NCBI GenBank assembly: GCA_045632845.1
Contig: JAZQXL010000020.1
Coordinates: 99,386 to 163,385 of the forward strand
Direction: 5' to 3'
DNA from: Alphaproteobacteria bacterium
Lineage (GTDB): Bacteria; Pseudomonadota; Alphaproteobacteria; CAAHEQ01; UBA3637
DNA: 64,000 nucleotides
The notes under the pieces were generated by a model that saw only the letters and a list, made by a program, of their open reading frames with translations, was not told the origin of the DNA and searched no databases. Position 1 is the first letter of the stretch, and every line of letters starts with the position of its first letter. Of the stretch, positions 62,251 through 64,000 are shown piece by piece. The position numbers and the translations under genes are program-made.

Positions 62251-63537
62251 TTATTTTACATCCACAGCAATCCAATCAGGCAGTTGAATTCTGGTTGGAT
62301 TTTTTTCATTGTAAAAACCTGTAGAAGGAACAATTGTTACCCCTGTTCGATCTTTTTTTAAAAAAGCACCCCACCAAGAAAATGAAGAATTGGCAATAAT
62401 ATGATGTTTTGCAAAAGTCATTAATTGTAAGTCTTCATAATCTTTTTTGTTCCAATCGACGAATGTATGTGGTTGCTCAATTTTCAAATTGTCTCTTGCC
62501 CATAAAATATCATCCGAAAAAATATAAAAATAAGGATTTTTGATATTTTTTATTATATAATTAATTGCATTTTTATAGTATGAAAGTGGGAGAAAAGGAA
62601 TTTTTTCAGCTGTGAAATCCCCTCTTCTAATATGGATAGCAACAGATTCTTCTGTTTGCATTTTTTCAGAAATAAATTTACTTTTGTCAACAAGCGGTGT
62701 TTTAAAATGAGAGTGTTCTCTTATATAATCTTCAAAACCTTCTAAATTTTTTCGATTGATTGGATTTTGAGAAATGATTAATTGCCCTTTCTCTTCGCTC
62801 ACATTTCTGTTTGAAACACAAAAACGAAAAACTGGTTTCATACTTAAAAATGGTTCACGAGAAGAAATAAGATTATCAAAAATTTGATGGATAGGTTGAT
62901 TTTGTAACAGGATGAGTTTTTTATTGTTTTTTTGAGCATAAACAACTGCACTCCAATATTGGAAAAGTTGGTTCCCAGTTCCCGCATCATTAAAGGCTAA
63001 AAACACAACATCATTTGGTTTTTCGATAAGTAAGGTTTTGTTGAAAAAATCGTTATAATCAAGGTGTGTTAATTTGTTGTTTTTTATCTTAACAACTTTT
63101 TTAGATTCAAGAATTGAATAATCGTCTAAACTTAAAAGGATGAGCGAACACTCGTTTTTATTAGAACATAAATGCCATAAATTTCTATAATAAGTTATAT
63201 TATTTTTGTCTGTAATTTTTTGTTTTTCACACGCTGTATTGAATTTTTGTTTGAGTTTTTTTTGATTAAAAATGTTTAAAAAAAGGTTGTTTTTTAAAAT
63301 TTCATCTTGATAAAAACAGATGTTGTTTTTTGCAATTTGAGGGGGTGTAGCATCCAAATAAAGCTTCTCAAAAAATTCAAAAGCATAATCGAGATGGGTG
63401 TTCGAAAATAAATCAAATTTTTTACTTTCAAAGAAATGGTTCCAATTTTTTGTTTGATAATCTTGAAGTTTAAAATATCCAAAGATCAAAATTTCACTCA
63501 AGATGAATAACACGCAAAAAATACTTAATTTTTTCAT
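62251..63537 (-). CDS. Glycosyltransferase family 11 (alpha-1,2-fucosyltransferase-like) with ~180-aa N-terminal extension
   Basis: GT11 motif VAIHIRRGDF. C-terminal FSDD...HHIIANSSFSWWGAFL motifs. N-terminal signal/TM MKKLSIFCVLFILSEILIFGYF. Confidence 0.7.
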   Translation of the reverse strand: MKKLSIFCVLFILSEILIFGYFKLQDYQTKNWNHFFESKKFDLFSNTHLDYAFEFFEKLYLDATPPQIAKNNICFYQDEILKNNLFLNIFNQKKLKQKFNTACEKQKITDKNNITYYRNLWHLCSNKNECSLILLSLDDYSILESKKVVKIKNNKLTHLDYNDFFNKTLLIEKPNDVVFLAFNDAGTGNQLFQYWSAVVYAQKNNKKLILLQNQPIHQIFDNLISSREPFLSMKPVFRFCVSNRNVSEEKGQLIISQNPINRKNLEGFEDYIREHSHFKTPLVDKSKFISEKMQTEESVAIHIRRGDFTAEKIPFLPLSYYKNAINYIIKNIKNPYFYIFSDDILWARDNLKIEQPHTFVDWNKKDYEDLQLMTFAKHHIIANSSFSWWGAFLKKDRTGVTIVPSTGFYNEKNPTRIQLPDWIAVDVK

Positions 63538-63575
63538 TGATTTTATCCCCTTATTTTTTTATCTATAGAGTATAT

Positions 63576-63600
63576 AGATAAATAAAACTCTTAAATAAGA
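63576..63600 (-). terminator. Terminator after tRNA-Ser
   Basis: aaactcttaaataagagttct hairpin. Confidence 0.5.
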
Positions 63601-63604
63601 GTTC

Positions 63605-63696
63605 TGGCGGAGAGGAAGGGATTCGAACCCCCGATACTGTAAACCAGTATACATGATTTCGAGTCACGCGCATTCAACCAGCTCTGCCACCTCTCC
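63605..63696 (-). tRNA. tRNA-Ser (anticodon CGA)
   Basis: Reverse complement GGAGAGGTGGCAGAGCTGGTTGAATGCGCGTGACTCGAAATCATG...long variable arm...GGTTCGAATCCCTTCCTCTCCGCCA. Confidence 0.85.
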
Positions 63697-63854
63697 ACGT
63701 AACCAGACAAAAAGGAATGTCCTGTTGTCATTTATGGTTTTTATAATCAATTTTAGTTTTTAAATCAAGAAAAAACAATCAAACAGTTTAAAAGATGATG
63801 AAAAAGTCTTTTATATTTAAATGTGTATCCTATCTTTTTAAGGGGGTATTTACA

Positions 63855-64000
63855 TGAAAAAAAATATAATAAAAAAAGATGATATTATAAAAAATTTATC
63901 GCACCAAATAGGTGTTTTACAAGAGGATAAAAATATCCTTGCGAAACAAGTTGTTGAAATTAACAAAGTGGTTGCAAATTTGTTTATCTCACAAAACCAT
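63855..64000 (+). CDS. Hypothetical protein, N-terminal fragment (runs off window end)
   Basis: ATG with upstream ttaagggggtatttac RBS-like sequence. MKKNIIKKDDIIKNLSHQIG... No stop within the window. Confidence 0.3.

Noticed and set aside
63855-64000. Attempt to name the terminal partial ORF (IHF/HU-like?)
   Set aside because: Only 48 residues are visible and they do not show the HU/IHF beta-arm motifs. Left as hypothetical.

Overview
This looks like a low-GC (~35%) chromosomal segment from a host-associated alphaproteobacterium (Rhizobiales/Bartonella-like or Holosporales-like). It is mostly conserved housekeeping genes. The recognisable blocks are: a partial recA; the rimP-nusA-ylxR/L7Ae-infB-rbfA-truB-rpsO-pnp operon; accA; tRNA-Tyr-tRNA-Gly-tuf; serS; rpoH; map; radC; holA-lptE; miaA; mutS; gatCAB; parB-parA-rsmG(gidB) flanked by 8 canonical parS palindromes; dnaQ; trxB; greA; xseA; tadA; tkt-fba-rpe; phoB; and three tRNAs. 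Several accessory items are embedded in this backbone. (1) A PilT/VirB11-superfamily secretion ATPase with a non-canonical ~190-aa N-terminal region, paired with a small serine recombinase, lies between the nusA operon and tuf. (2) An orphan type IV pilin-like gene (class III signal peptide, Glu+5) sits between serS and rpoH. (3) An orphan virB3-virB4 (T4SS) pair lies beside gatC with small membrane-protein genes next to it. (4) A tRNA-Gly 3'-end direct repeat marks an att-like scar. (5) A ~770-bp AT-rich intergenic region with clustered DnaA boxes between dnaQ and trxB is a plausible oriC, consistent with the parS cluster nearby. Genes for ATPase (VirB4-like, PilT/VirB11-like), an inner-membrane VirB3-like protein and a pilin of type IV secretion / type IV filament systems are present, but they are dispersed across the window and no single locus is a complete machine. 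All family assignments come from reading motifs in the translated ORFs, not from database searches.
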